64,000 nt of DNA from Occultella glacieicola (GTDB lineage Bacteria; Actinomycetota; Actinomycetes; Actinomycetales; Beutenbergiaceae): the NCBI RefSeq assembly GCF_004353825.1, contig NZ_SMNA01000005.1, forward strand, positions 372,001 through 436,000, in the 5' to 3' direction. A program made the translations under genes and the position numbers. Below are positions 41,126 through 50,152 of the stretch, in pieces. Position 1 is the first letter of the stretch; each line of letters opens with the position of its first letter. The notes under the pieces were generated by a model. That model saw only the letters and a program-made list of their open reading frames with translations, made no database searches and had not been told where the DNA came from.

Positions 41126-43279
41126 TCAGGCCGGCGGCACCGGCACCGGCAGGTGCTTGGCCCACCACGCGAGGATGTGCTCGAACCGGGCGATCCGGTG
41201 TTTCGGCAGCCCCGACCGGCTCAGTTCGTGTCCCTCCCCCGGGAACAGCAGGAACTCGGTCCGCACGCCGCGCCGCTTGAGGCCGACGTACCAGCGCTGC
41301 CCCTGCTCGACCGGGCAGCGCCAGTCCTGCTCGGAGTGGATCACCAGGGTCGGGGTGCGCACCTTGTCCAGGTGCGCCATCGGGCTCTGGGCGGCGACCG
41401 CCGTCGGGTCCTCACCGAGGTAGCGCAGCCCGAAGAACCAGCCGATGTCGCTGGAGCCCTCGAAGCTCACCGGGTCGAGGAACCCGCGTTCCACGATCGC
41501 CGCCGTGAAGCGGTCCGTGCGGGTGGTCAGCCACGCCGTCAGGTAGCCGCCGTAGGAGCCACCGAGCACGCCCACCCGGTCGGCGTCGAGGGTGGGGTCG
41601 GCGGTCAGGGCGGCGTCCAGGAACGCGAGCACGTCCGCGCTGTCCCGGTCGCCGAACCCACCGGTGATGGCCCGGCCGTGCTCCTGGCCGTACCCGGAGG
41701 AGCCGCGCGGGTTGCAGAACACGACGGCGTACCCCGCCGAGGCGTACACCTGCACCTCGTCGAAGAACGTCGGGGTGTACTGCGCATGCGGGCCGCCGTG
41801 GATGAGCAGCAGCACCGGGTGCGGACCGGGGCCGGCCGGCTTGGCGACCCAGCCGTGCACGGGGTAGCCGTCGTCGCTCGTCGCCTCGAGTTCGGTGGGC
41901 TCGAGCACGCCCGCCTCGGCGCGCAGCCGGGAGGACAGGTCACTCACCCGGCGCCGCCCGTCACCGGCGACCAGCCACAGGTCGCCGACGCTGTCGACGG
42001 CGGTCGCGGCCAGCAGCACGCGGGCGCCACCGTCGCTGGTGTCGGCCCCGAGGACCTCGGTGGCGCCGTCGTGCACGGGGGTCAGGGCGCCGTCGGTCCA
42101 CCGCACGAGCTCGGTGGTGCCGCGCCGTTCCCGGGTCATCAGCACACCGCCGTCGACGGCGAGGAACACCGTGCCGCCGAGGCTTTCGGTGACCGGGTCG
42201 GTGAGGATCTCGAGGTCGGTGATCGCGGCACCGTCCCAGCGGCCGCGGTACAGGGCCGCGGAGCGACCGATGAAGTCCATGTCGTCCGGGCCGAGGTCCG
42301 CCTTGAGCAGCCAAACGGCTCCAGCATCGGCATCGGGATCGGCATCGGCATCGGCATCGGCATCGGCATCGGCATCGGCATCGGCATCGGCATCGGCATC
42401 GGCGAACAGCACCGCACCGACGTTGCCAGGGCCGACGTCGAGGACCAGCCCCGCCGAAGAGCCTGATGCGTCGTGGTGGACCAGCTCGCCGGTGAGCGCG
42501 TCCGGGACCGCGCGGAGCACGAGCAGCCCGGTGCCGTCCGGGGTCCAGACCGGGTTGCGATGGTCCTGGGCGGCCGAGGTGACCTGCACCGGGTCGACGC
42601 CCGCCGAGGCGAGCCGGCCGGGTACCGCGGACTCGTCGGTCCCGGCACCCCGGTCGTCGGGACCCTTCGCGCCGCCGCCGCCGGCGCCGTTCCCACCCGA
42701 CCCCTTCGAGTCGGCTCCGCCGCCCGCGGGCGGAAGATCCGCCGTCGGATCCGCCGCCGGCGGCACGTCGATCACGAACACGTGCTGGGGCCGGTCCGCG
42801 TAGAAGCCGATGCCGTCGTTCCGATAGGTGAACGTGGTGATGTGCCGGGGCGGTTCCGAACCCGGGCCGACCTTCTCGTCGGTGCCGTACCGGCCCGGTT
42901 CGGGCAGCCGGGCGGTGTAGGCGATGCGGCCGGAGTCCGGTGCGAACACGGGTCGTCCGCTGATCCCGGTCGGATGGTCGGTGAGCAGTCGGGGCTCACC
43001 ACCCTCGGTGGGCATGACCGCGAGCTGGGGCTTACCGCCCTCCGGGGCCCGCACGAACGCGAGCCATCGCCCGTCCGGGGAGATGACCGGCTCGGAGTCC
43101 TTGGCCCCGTGGGTGAACGGACGCAGCGCGCCGGAGGGCAGATCCTGGCGCCACAGCGCGGTCCGGTAGGAGTCGTCCTCGACGTCGGTCCGGGTCAGTG
43201 CGACCACCGCCCAGGTGCCGTCGGGGTGCAGAGCCGGGGTGCCGGGTCGGGTGTACAGGCTGAGTTGTTCTGGTCGCAT
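41126..43279 (-). CDS. S9 family peptidase (beta-propeller plus alpha/beta hydrolase)
   Basis: IHGGP, GGSYGG, DWRCP, GEGHE. Confidence 0.95.
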   Translation of the reverse strand: MRPEQLSLYTRPGTPALHPDGTWAVVALTRTDVEDDSYRTALWRQDLPSGALRPFTHGAKDSEPVISPDGRWLAFVRAPEGGKPQLAVMPTEGGEPRLLTDHPTGISGRPVFAPDSGRIAYTARLPEPGRYGTDEKVGPGSEPPRHITTFTYRNDGIGFYADRPQHVFVIDVPPAADPTADLPPAGGGADSKGSGGNGAGGGGAKGPDDRGAGTDESAVPGRLASAGVDPVQVTSAAQDHRNPVWTPDGTGLLVLRAVPDALTGELVHHDASGSSAGLVLDVGPGNVGAVLFADADADADADADADADADADADPDADAGAVWLLKADLGPDDMDFIGRSAALYRGRWDGAAITDLEILTDPVTESLGGTVFLAVDGGVLMTRERRGTTELVRWTDGALTPVHDGATEVLGADTSDGGARVLLAATAVDSVGDLWLVAGDGRRRVSDLSSRLRAEAGVLEPTELEATSDDGYPVHGWVAKPAGPGPHPVLLLIHGGPHAQYTPTFFDEVQVYASAGYAVVFCNPRGSSGYGQEHGRAITGGFGDRDSADVLAFLDAALTADPTLDADRVGVLGGSYGGYLTAWLTTRTDRFTAAIVERGFLDPVSFEGSSDIGWFFGLRYLGEDPTAVAAQSPMAHLDKVRTPTLVIHSEQDWRCPVEQGQRWYVGLKRRGVRTEFLLFPGEGHELSRSGLPKHRIARFEHILAWWAKHLPVPVPPA
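42323..42400. repeat. GGCATC hexamer microsatellite (13 units, two imperfect) encoding (Asp-Ala)n
   Basis: Direct reading; in frame in the S9 peptidase. Confidence 0.95.
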
Positions 43280-43359
43280 CCCGCGAGCCTATTCCCGCCC
43301 GGGCGGCGAGTTCGACAGCGACAATGGTGGCACCACCATCACCGACGGGGAGGTCGAGT

Positions 43360-44391
43360 GTGAGTGCGGAACCACCGGAGCCGGCCCGGGGTGTGGATGT
43401 CGGCGAACGGGACGACGACCTGGTCCCCGACGAGGTCGTCGATTTCGACGACGGGGTGGAGTACACGCCGTTGCCGCCCCCGCCGGGGTCCCGTGAACCC
43501 GGGCGGAAGTGGGTCACCCCGCTGCCCACCGGCGTACGGGCCACCTCGAACTTCGGCCCGCGCAAGGGTGTACTGCACGCCGGCGACGACTACGCGCCGC
43601 CCAAGCCTGCCCAGCAGGGCGTCCCGGTGTTCGCGATCGCCGACGGGGTGGTGGTCGCGGCGAAGGTCAAGGCGCTGAAGGGTCACTCCGGCAATGGCGT
43701 CCTGGTCGACCACGGTGGCGGCGTGCGCTCCTATTACGGCCATCTGGCCTCCTTCAAGGTCGGTGCCAAGCAGACCGTGCGCGCAGGCCAGCAGGTCGGC
43801 GTCATGGGGCACACCGGGAACGTCAGTCCGCCCGGCGCCGCGGGCACCCACCTGCACCTGGGGGTCCTGGTCAGCGGCCGGTTCACCGACCCCTCGACGT
43901 TCCTCTCGGCTCGCGGGGTGACCATCGGAAGCACCGCGGCGCACCATGCCGGTTCGACCACGACCACCACGAAGGCGCAGTCGGTCGCGAAGGGCCACGA
44001 TCCCGCGGTGGAGCGGATCATGCGGAACGCCCTGATCCCGCTCGGCTACTACCGCGGCCGGCCCGACGGCGTGGCCGGCACCCTGTACCGGGCCGCCGTC
44101 GCGGCCTATCAGCGGGCGCAACTGTGGCCGCGAGGGGGCCTTGCCGGGACGAGTTCCTGGGACGGCGCCACGCAGGGCCACTACGACTGGACCAAGCGCC
44201 TGCAGGCCGCGCTGAACGGCTGGGCGGGCGCGGACCTCACGGTCGACGGAGACTACGGCCGGGTCACCGCCGCGCGGGTCCTCGAGGTCATGACCCGCAA
44301 CCACGGCGGTGCCTACCCCGCCGCGGCCGCCCTCGACGGCGAACCGGGGCCGTTGTTCTGCCGGATGCTGGGGATCGCCGCGCACCCCTGA
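43360..44391 (+). CDS. M23 peptidase with putative peptidoglycan-binding domains (endolysin-like)
   Basis: HAGDD and HLH zinc motifs, YYGHL; DGVAG, VDGDYG and DGEPGP repeats; RBS GGGAGG. Confidence 0.8.
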   Translation: MSAEPPEPARGVDVGERDDDLVPDEVVDFDDGVEYTPLPPPPGSREPGRKWVTPLPTGVRATSNFGPRKGVLHAGDDYAPPKPAQQGVPVFAIADGVVVAAKVKALKGHSGNGVLVDHGGGVRSYYGHLASFKVGAKQTVRAGQQVGVMGHTGNVSPPGAAGTHLHLGVLVSGRFTDPSTFLSARGVTIGSTAAHHAGSTTTTTKAQSVAKGHDPAVERIMRNALIPLGYYRGRPDGVAGTLYRAAVAAYQRAQLWPRGGLAGTSSWDGATQGHYDWTKRLQAALNGWAGADLTVDGDYGRVTAARVLEVMTRNHGGAYPAAAALDGEPGPLFCRMLGIAAHP

Positions 44392-44450
44392 TCCCGGCCG
44401 CGGTTTCCGGTCCCGGCCGGACACCAAGCGGTCAGGTGGCGGGCCGGGGC

Positions 44451-45170
44451 CTACTCGCAGCCGACGCCGTCGTCATCCCGGTCGAGGTGGCCGCCGTAGC
44501 CCGGCTCGCCCCGGTAGACCGGCGCCGCCCCGGCAGCGCGGGCCGCGGAGCAGTTGGCGTAATAGGTGGAGGAAGATCCGCTCGAGGAGGATCCGCTCGA
44601 GGAGCTGGACGCCGGAACCGCGGTCTCCCGGGCGCTCACCGCCGCCTCACGGCCGGCGAGTGCCGACTCCCGTGCAGTCAGGTCGACGTCCCGGGTGTCT
44701 GCGGCCGCGACCCGGGCCGTGAGATCCGCCTCCTGGGCGGTGACCGTGGTCTCCCTCTCGAGCACCGCGGCCTCCCTGCCGTCGAGGGCCTCGACCTGGG
44801 CGATCAGCGCGTCGTTCTCGGCCTGCACCTGCTCGAGTTCGGTGGCGAGGTCGTCCCGTTCGGTGGTCGCACTCTCCGCCTCGGTCCGGATCTCGTCCCG
44901 CTGCGCGAGCAGCGCTTGGTACTCGGCCGTGGCGGTCGGTGGCCTCTGGCCGACGACTCCGATGAGCAGGCCGAGCAGGAGCGCGACCACGCCCACGACG
45001 ACCGGCACCAGGATGACCCGGTTCCTCGGCTGCTCCGGCGGCGCCTGGGCGGTCCGGGCGCCCTGGTCCCACGGCGGGGCGAACTGCGCCCGCTGGTCTG
45101 CCGGAGCGCGTCGTCGACGTCGCGGGTCCTGTCGGGAGCGGGTCGGGTCAGCGGGCGGCACACTGGTCAT
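44451..45170 (-). CDS. Membrane-anchored coiled-coil protein with Excalibur Ca-binding domain
   Basis: YYANCSAARAAGAAPVYRGEPGYGGHLDRDDDGVGCE. Confidence 0.85.
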   Translation of the reverse strand: MTSVPPADPTRSRQDPRRRRRAPADQRAQFAPPWDQGARTAQAPPEQPRNRVILVPVVVGVVALLLGLLIGVVGQRPPTATAEYQALLAQRDEIRTEAESATTERDDLATELEQVQAENDALIAQVEALDGREAAVLERETTVTAQEADLTARVAAADTRDVDLTARESALAGREAAVSARETAVPASSSSSGSSSSGSSSTYYANCSAARAAGAAPVYRGEPGYGGHLDRDDDGVGCE

Positions 45171-45247
45171 GCCCGAGGTATACACCGGCGGACCTCCTCG
45201 CCGGGGGCGATTGGGAGGCCCATCACATCGGAGCCGGTGGCATTCAG

Positions 45248-45323
45248 TGGAGCCACCTGTCGGATTCGAACCGACGACCGTCCGCTTACAAGGCGGGTGC
45301 TCTACCAGCTGAGCTAAGGTGGC
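45248..45323 (-). tRNA. tRNA-Thr (anticodon TGT)
   Basis: GCCACCTTAGCTCAGCTGGTAGAGCA...CTTGTAA...GGTTCGAATCC...GGTGGCTCCA; 76 nt with encoded CCA. Confidence 0.97.
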
Positions 45324-45392
45324 GCGCCCTCGCGGGCTCCAGCCGAGTCTGCCAGAGTCCGCGCGGGCCTGACCAAACGAGTTGCGGCTCCC

Positions 45393-46184
45393 TCACGACC
45401 CGTCCGAGGCGGACTCGATCGCCCCGCGGAGCACCCCGGGCTCGGTCCAGTCCACGTCCAGCGGTTCGCCGTCGAGCAGCACCTGCGGGGTGGACCGGTT
45501 GTCGGTGTCGCGCTGCATCTGGTTCGTGGCGGCCTCGACCCATTCCGGGTACTGACCGTCGGTGAACGTGTCGATGGCGTCCTGCGGCACACCGGCACCG
45601 GCCGCGATCTCGGCGAGCTGGCTGTCCGAGAGCGACACGAGCTCCTGCTCCTGGAACGCGAACACGGCGCCGGTGAACGCCGCGAACTGCTCCGGAGCGT
45701 AGTTCGCGACCGCCGCGGCGGCCACCGCCGAGCGTTGCGAGGCGCCCCCGTTGCCGGGGTCCACGACGGCCACCGGGTGGTAGACCACGGTGAGGTCCCC
45801 GGCCTCGCGCATCTCGGTGAGGTCGGCGGCGTTGACCGCCTCGAAATCGACGCAGTGGGGGCACATGAAGTCGAGGTAGACATCCAGGACGGGGGCGCCG
45901 GAATTCTCGGTGCCCGCGACGCCGTCGGCCCCCACGCTGATCCCGCCGTGCAGGTCGGAGTTGGCCGGCCGCACCTCGACGTCCTCGAGGTAGGACTTGT
46001 TCGCGGCCTGCGCGATGAAGAACCCGGCCACCACGATCAGGGCGATCAGGGCGACGGCACCGGAGACCAGCAGGATGCGCGTGCGCCGTTCACCACGTGC
46101 GGTCTCGGCGCGGATCCGCTCCGCCTCCGCCCGGCCCCGGTCCCGGGCGGAGGCCGCTGTGCTCTTGGAGCCCTTGGCTGCCAT
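45393..46184 (-). CDS. Membrane-anchored DsbA family oxidoreductase (CPHC)
   Basis: N-terminal TM; YLDFMCPHC; STP cis-Pro loop. Confidence 0.9.
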   Translation of the reverse strand: MAAKGSKSTAASARDRGRAEAERIRAETARGERRTRILLVSGAVALIALIVVAGFFIAQAANKSYLEDVEVRPANSDLHGGISVGADGVAGTENSGAPVLDVYLDFMCPHCVDFEAVNAADLTEMREAGDLTVVYHPVAVVDPGNGGASQRSAVAAAAVANYAPEQFAAFTGAVFAFQEQELVSLSDSQLAEIAAGAGVPQDAIDTFTDGQYPEWVEAATNQMQRDTDNRSTPQVLLDGEPLDVDWTEPGVLRGAIESASDGS

Positions 46185-46192
46185 GGTGCTGG

Positions 46193-46981
46193 TCAGGCGG
46201 CGTCGGTGACGGCGGTCATGAACTCGCCCGGATTGGTCCAGTTGCCGCTCCAGTCCTGACCGTCGATGTGGATCGTCGGGGTGCCGCCCACGCCGTCACG
46301 CTGGGACTGCTCCGTGGCCACCCTGACCCACTCGGTGTAGGTGCCGGCGGCGAGGGAGTCGGCGACCTCCTGGGACACGCCCGCCTCGACGGCGATCGCG
46401 GCGATCTCATCGTCGGTCAGCCCCGGCCCACCCTCGGCGGGCTGGTTCGCGAACAGCGCCTCGGCGAACGGTAGCGCCATGGCCGGCTCGTCGGAGGCCA
46501 CGGTCGCGAACGCGTTGGCGGCGCGCGTGGAGTACATCGTCTCCGCGGAGAGGTGGTCCAGGTTCGCCAGCGGGTGGTAGGTGACGGTGGCGGTGCCGTC
46601 GCCGACCAGCGTCGCCACGTCCGCGCCGTTCACCTCCTCGAACTGGCCGCAGTAGGGGCAGAGGAAGTCGAGGTAGACGTCGACCTCCACGGCCCCCTCG
46701 TTCGGGCTGCCGGCCCCCTCGGCGCCGATCGGGATGCCGCCGTGCAGGTTCGAGCCCGCCGGCACCTCACCCTCGAAGTCGGAGAGCAGGGTCCGGCCGG
46801 CGGCCTGGAAGATGAAGAAGCCGGCGGTCGCGATCAGCGCGACCACGAGCACGACCGCGCCGATGAGGATGCCGCGGTTGCGCTTCTCGCGCTTGGCCGC
46901 CTGCTCGCGCAGGCGGGCCGCCTCGAGTCGGGCCGCCTCGCGGCGCTCCTCGCGGGTCGACTTGGGGGTGTTCGATGCCAT
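46193..46981 (-). CDS. Membrane-anchored DsbA family oxidoreductase (CPYC)
   Basis: N-terminal TM; YLDFLCPYC; GTP cis-Pro loop. Confidence 0.9.
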   Translation of the reverse strand: MASNTPKSTREERREAARLEAARLREQAAKREKRNRGILIGAVVLVVALIATAGFFIFQAAGRTLLSDFEGEVPAGSNLHGGIPIGAEGAGSPNEGAVEVDVYLDFLCPYCGQFEEVNGADVATLVGDGTATVTYHPLANLDHLSAETMYSTRAANAFATVASDEPAMALPFAEALFANQPAEGGPGLTDDEIAAIAVEAGVSQEVADSLAAGTYTEWVRVATEQSQRDGVGGTPTIHIDGQDWSGNWTNPGEFMTAVTDAA

Positions 46982-47075
46982 GAGAGATTCGTCCTTGTCC
47001 TGGGTGCGCGGCATCCGTGGCCGCTGCGGGTGCGGGTGCGGGTGAGCGTGCTGGCTGGCTGCGGGCTACGCGCGC

Positions 47076-47573
47076 CTAGGCCGGCACCGGCGGACCACGG
47101 CGCAGCACCTGCCGCGAGGGACGGTCGGCGACCACGGCACGCGCGAGCCAGTCGACGAACACCCGCCCGACGGCGGGGGTAGCCTCGGGCAGGTCGGGTC
47201 GCCGTGGGCGCAGCAGGTCGTTGAGCCCGTCGCGGACGGCGGCGACGGCCCGGCCGAGCCAGTGCCCGACGGCGACCGCGGCCAGGTTCGCGAGCACGGC
47301 GGTGGCCGCGAGCGCGGCGAACAGCCCGAGCAGGGTGGCGGTATGCGGACCGAACCCGAGGGACCCGGTGGGGCAGTCCGCGACCTCGCGCATCTGCGCC
47401 AGGTTCTGGGCGACGAACCCGATCAGGCCGGTGCCGCGCACACACTCGGTCGAGAGCAGCAGCGCGGTGAAGGCGGCGGTCAGCACCGGCCAGGCGACCA
47501 GCGTGATCGCGAGCAGGGCAGGAGACGTCGGTCGCACGAGTGCGCGCACACGCCTGCTCCGGTCACCGATCAC
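47076..47573 (-). CDS. Two-TM hypothetical protein ending in RGPP (candidate arrest leader)
   Basis: TATCCT-N6-GTG leaderless-type start; TM-loop(C-x22-C)-TM; ends LRRGPPVPA. Confidence 0.65.
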   Translation of the reverse strand: MIGDRSRRVRALVRPTSPALLAITLVAWPVLTAAFTALLLSTECVRGTGLIGFVAQNLAQMREVADCPTGSLGFGPHTATLLGLFAALAATAVLANLAAVAVGHWLGRAVAAVRDGLNDLLRPRRPDLPEATPAVGRVFVDWLARAVVADRPSRQVLRRGPPVPA

Positions 47574-47606
47574 CCACCAAGGATACGGTCTTGCCCGGCC
47601 CGGGCC

Positions 47607-47746
47607 GAGAGTGCGGAAGTGGCGACCACCACAGCACCCTCGGCGTCGGGCCGCCATTGAAGCCGAGACCGGGTCCGGTCTACCCTCACACCCGCGCCGC
47701 CGCTGAGCGCCGAGCGTGCCGTGGTGGTCGCCACTTCAGCACCCTC
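47607..47746. repeat. Inverted pair of REP-like elements, copies 3 and 4
   Basis: 47607-47645 matches the reverse complement of 47708-47746 at 35 of 39 positions. Confidence 0.8.
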
Positions 47747-47763
47747 ACGGCCGGCGGGACGGG

Positions 47764-50010
47764 TCAGAAGCCGGGGATCGGAGGCTGGCCGAAGGGCGCC
47801 CAGTCCGCGACCAGCCCGCCGACGAGCAGCAGGAGCGCGGCCGTCGCGGCGACGCCGAGCGCGATCGCCACCCAGGCCCAGGCGCCGCGCACCCCGGGGG
47901 CGAGGACGGCGAACACCGAGCGGGCGCCCTCGCGTGCATGCCCGCTGGACGGTGTCCACCACAACAGCAGCGTCGCCACCACCACGACGGCGGGCACCAC
48001 GAGATCCAGCGGCACCGTCGGTGAGGCGAGGCCCCACACGATGCCCCCGCCGAGCACGGCGACGATCAGCCCGGGCAGTGTCAGGAGCGCCGACAGGATC
48101 AGGTGCCACGGGGAGGCGAGGCTGGCCGAGAGCAGGTCCCATCGGCCGGGCCCGCGTCGGATCCGTCGACCACGCACGGCCCGGGCCGCGGAGCCCACGG
48201 TGCCCAGCAGCAGGAACCCGGCGAGGAACACGAGTAGTGTCCAGGCCGGCCAGAGCGCCCCGAGCGCGACCACGGCGAGCCACCAGGCGCCGGTGATGCC
48301 GGGCCGGGGCCGCGCGGGGATCGCCCATGCGGGCCACTGGCCGCGGGCCTCGCCCGGGCCCATGCCGGGCGGCGGTCCGTCCGTGGTCGGCACCCAGGCC
48401 GGGTCCGACGGCGCCGGCGGGCCGGGCAGGCCCGTCGCCGGCGGCTGGTACTGCAGTGGTGCGGGCTGCTGCGCTGCCGTACCCAGCGGCGCACCGTGCG
48501 GCTGCTGGTGTGGTTCCGGCTGGAACTGGCGCACCGGGGCCGCCTGCGTGGGTGGGTACTGCTCACGCAACGCGAGCGGCATCACCGCGGTGGCCGGGCG
48601 GTCGCCGGGCTGCGGATCGCGTGGCCCCGGCGCCCGCCGCGGATCGGTACCGGGCTCGGCCCCGGAGCCCGCCGACGGCGGGTACGTCGCGGGCTCACCG
48701 GCCGACGGCGCGTAGGTCGCGGGCTGACCGGCGGACGGCGCGTGCGCCGGAGGCTGCCCGCCCGACGGCGCATACGTCGCGGGCTCCCCGCCCGACGGCG
48801 CATACGTCGCGGGCTCCCCGCCCGACGGCGCAAACGTCGCGGGCTCCCCGCCTGACGGCGCGTACGTCGGCGGCCGACCGGACGACGGGTCGGCCGCTCC
48901 GGCCCGGGCGGCCGGCGGCGGGTAGGACGGCGCGTGACCCGGGGCGGCTGCCGCCGCGATCCCTGCGGCGCCGACAGCGCCGCCCGCCCCGGCGGCCAGC
49001 GTCCGGGCGGCGGAGCCGCCGCCGTCGTACTCTCCGGCACCGTCGTCATACCCGGCGGCACCGTCGTACCCGGCAGCACCCTTGTCGCGCCGGCCGTCGT
49101 ACCCACCGCCGGCACCGCCGCCGTCGTACCCGCCAGCACTCCCGCCGTCGTCCTCCTCCGCGTCGACCTCCCACTCCCCCGGCGCCAGCACCGAGGTGAC
49201 CTCCCGGCCCTCGGCATGGTCGGTCAACGCGCGCAGCACCGTGTCGGTGCCCATCCGCCGGTCCGGGTCGGGATGCAGGGCCCGTCGCAGCACCTGGGCG
49301 ACCCGGGGGTGCAGGCCGGAGACGTCCGCACGACCCGCCTCGACCCGCAGCAGCACCCCGGGGCCACGGCCGAACGGGGGCCGCCCGGTGGCCGCCCAGA
49401 CCAGCACGGCGGACCAGCCCCACCAGTCCCCGCCGGCGCCCGGGTCGCCGCCTCGCATCACCTCGGGGTCCACATAGCCGGGGGTGCCGGTGACCATGCC
49501 GGTCTGGGTGAGCCGGGTGTCGTCGGCGAGCTGGGAGATCCCGAAGTCGATGACCACGGGGCCGTCGTCGGTGAGCATCACGTTGGCCGGCTTGAGGTCA
49601 CGGTGCACGACGCCGGCGGCGTGGATCGAGTCCAGCGCCTGGGCGAGCCCGTGCGCGAGCTCGGCGAGCTCCTCGGCGGCCATGGGCCCGTGCTCGACGA
49701 TCGAGTCCTCGAGCGACTGGCCGTCGATCAGCTCGGTGACGATGAACGCCTCGTCGGAGTCCGCCTCCGCGTCCAGCACCCGGGCCACGTGCTCGCCGCG
49801 AACCCGGTGCAGCGTCGCGACCTCCCGGCGCAGCCGCTCCCGGGCCGCCTCGTCCGCGCTGAACGCCGGGTGCAGCAGCTTCACGGCGACGAGCCGGTCC
49901 TCGGCGTCGAGGGCCTTGTACACCGTGCCCATGCCCCCGGAACCCAGGCGCGCGAGCAGCCGGTATCCACCCACCTCTCGCAGCGGGGTCGAGGCCGGGC
50001 GCTCGTCCAT
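47764..50010 (-). CDS. Hanks-type Ser/Thr protein kinase with C-terminal TMs
   Basis: LGSGGMGTVY, VAVK, HRDLKPAN, DFG, GTPGY. Confidence 0.95.
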   Translation of the reverse strand: MDERPASTPLREVGGYRLLARLGSGGMGTVYKALDAEDRLVAVKLLHPAFSADEAARERLRREVATLHRVRGEHVARVLDAEADSDEAFIVTELIDGQSLEDSIVEHGPMAAEELAELAHGLAQALDSIHAAGVVHRDLKPANVMLTDDGPVVIDFGISQLADDTRLTQTGMVTGTPGYVDPEVMRGGDPGAGGDWWGWSAVLVWAATGRPPFGRGPGVLLRVEAGRADVSGLHPRVAQVLRRALHPDPDRRMGTDTVLRALTDHAEGREVTSVLAPGEWEVDAEEDDGGSAGGYDGGGAGGGYDGRRDKGAAGYDGAAGYDDGAGEYDGGGSAARTLAAGAGGAVGAAGIAAAAAPGHAPSYPPPAARAGAADPSSGRPPTYAPSGGEPATFAPSGGEPATYAPSGGEPATYAPSGGQPPAHAPSAGQPATYAPSAGEPATYPPSAGSGAEPGTDPRRAPGPRDPQPGDRPATAVMPLALREQYPPTQAAPVRQFQPEPHQQPHGAPLGTAAQQPAPLQYQPPATGLPGPPAPSDPAWVPTTDGPPPGMGPGEARGQWPAWAIPARPRPGITGAWWLAVVALGALWPAWTLLVFLAGFLLLGTVGSAARAVRGRRIRRGPGRWDLLSASLASPWHLILSALLTLPGLIVAVLGGGIVWGLASPTVPLDLVVPAVVVVATLLLWWTPSSGHAREGARSVFAVLAPGVRGAWAWVAIALGVAATAALLLLVGGLVADWAPFGQPPIPGF
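48671..48880. repeat. 30-bp degenerate tandem repeat x7 (about PATYAPSGGE) in the kinase linker
   Basis: Units start every 30 nt from 48671 to 48851. Confidence 0.85.
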
Positions 50011-50152
50011 ATCGGCAACCTACGCCACCATCCTCGGACCGCCCGGGCGGGCCCGCCGACCTGCACCGAACCCGCCCACGGCGCCGGTCGCGCCGAGCAG
50101 GTAGCCCTCCACCTCGATACCCTGGCCGCACACCACAAAAGAACTGAGGGAT

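Noticed and set aside
43280..45323. Intact prophage or genomic island at tRNA-Thr
   Set aside because: No integrase, structural genes or duplicated tRNA 3' end were found.
47607..47746. REP-like repeats as a CRISPR array or as CIRCE sites
   Set aside because: The copies are inverted or dispersed, and the GAGTGC/GCACTC halves have the opposite order and wrong spacing for CIRCE.
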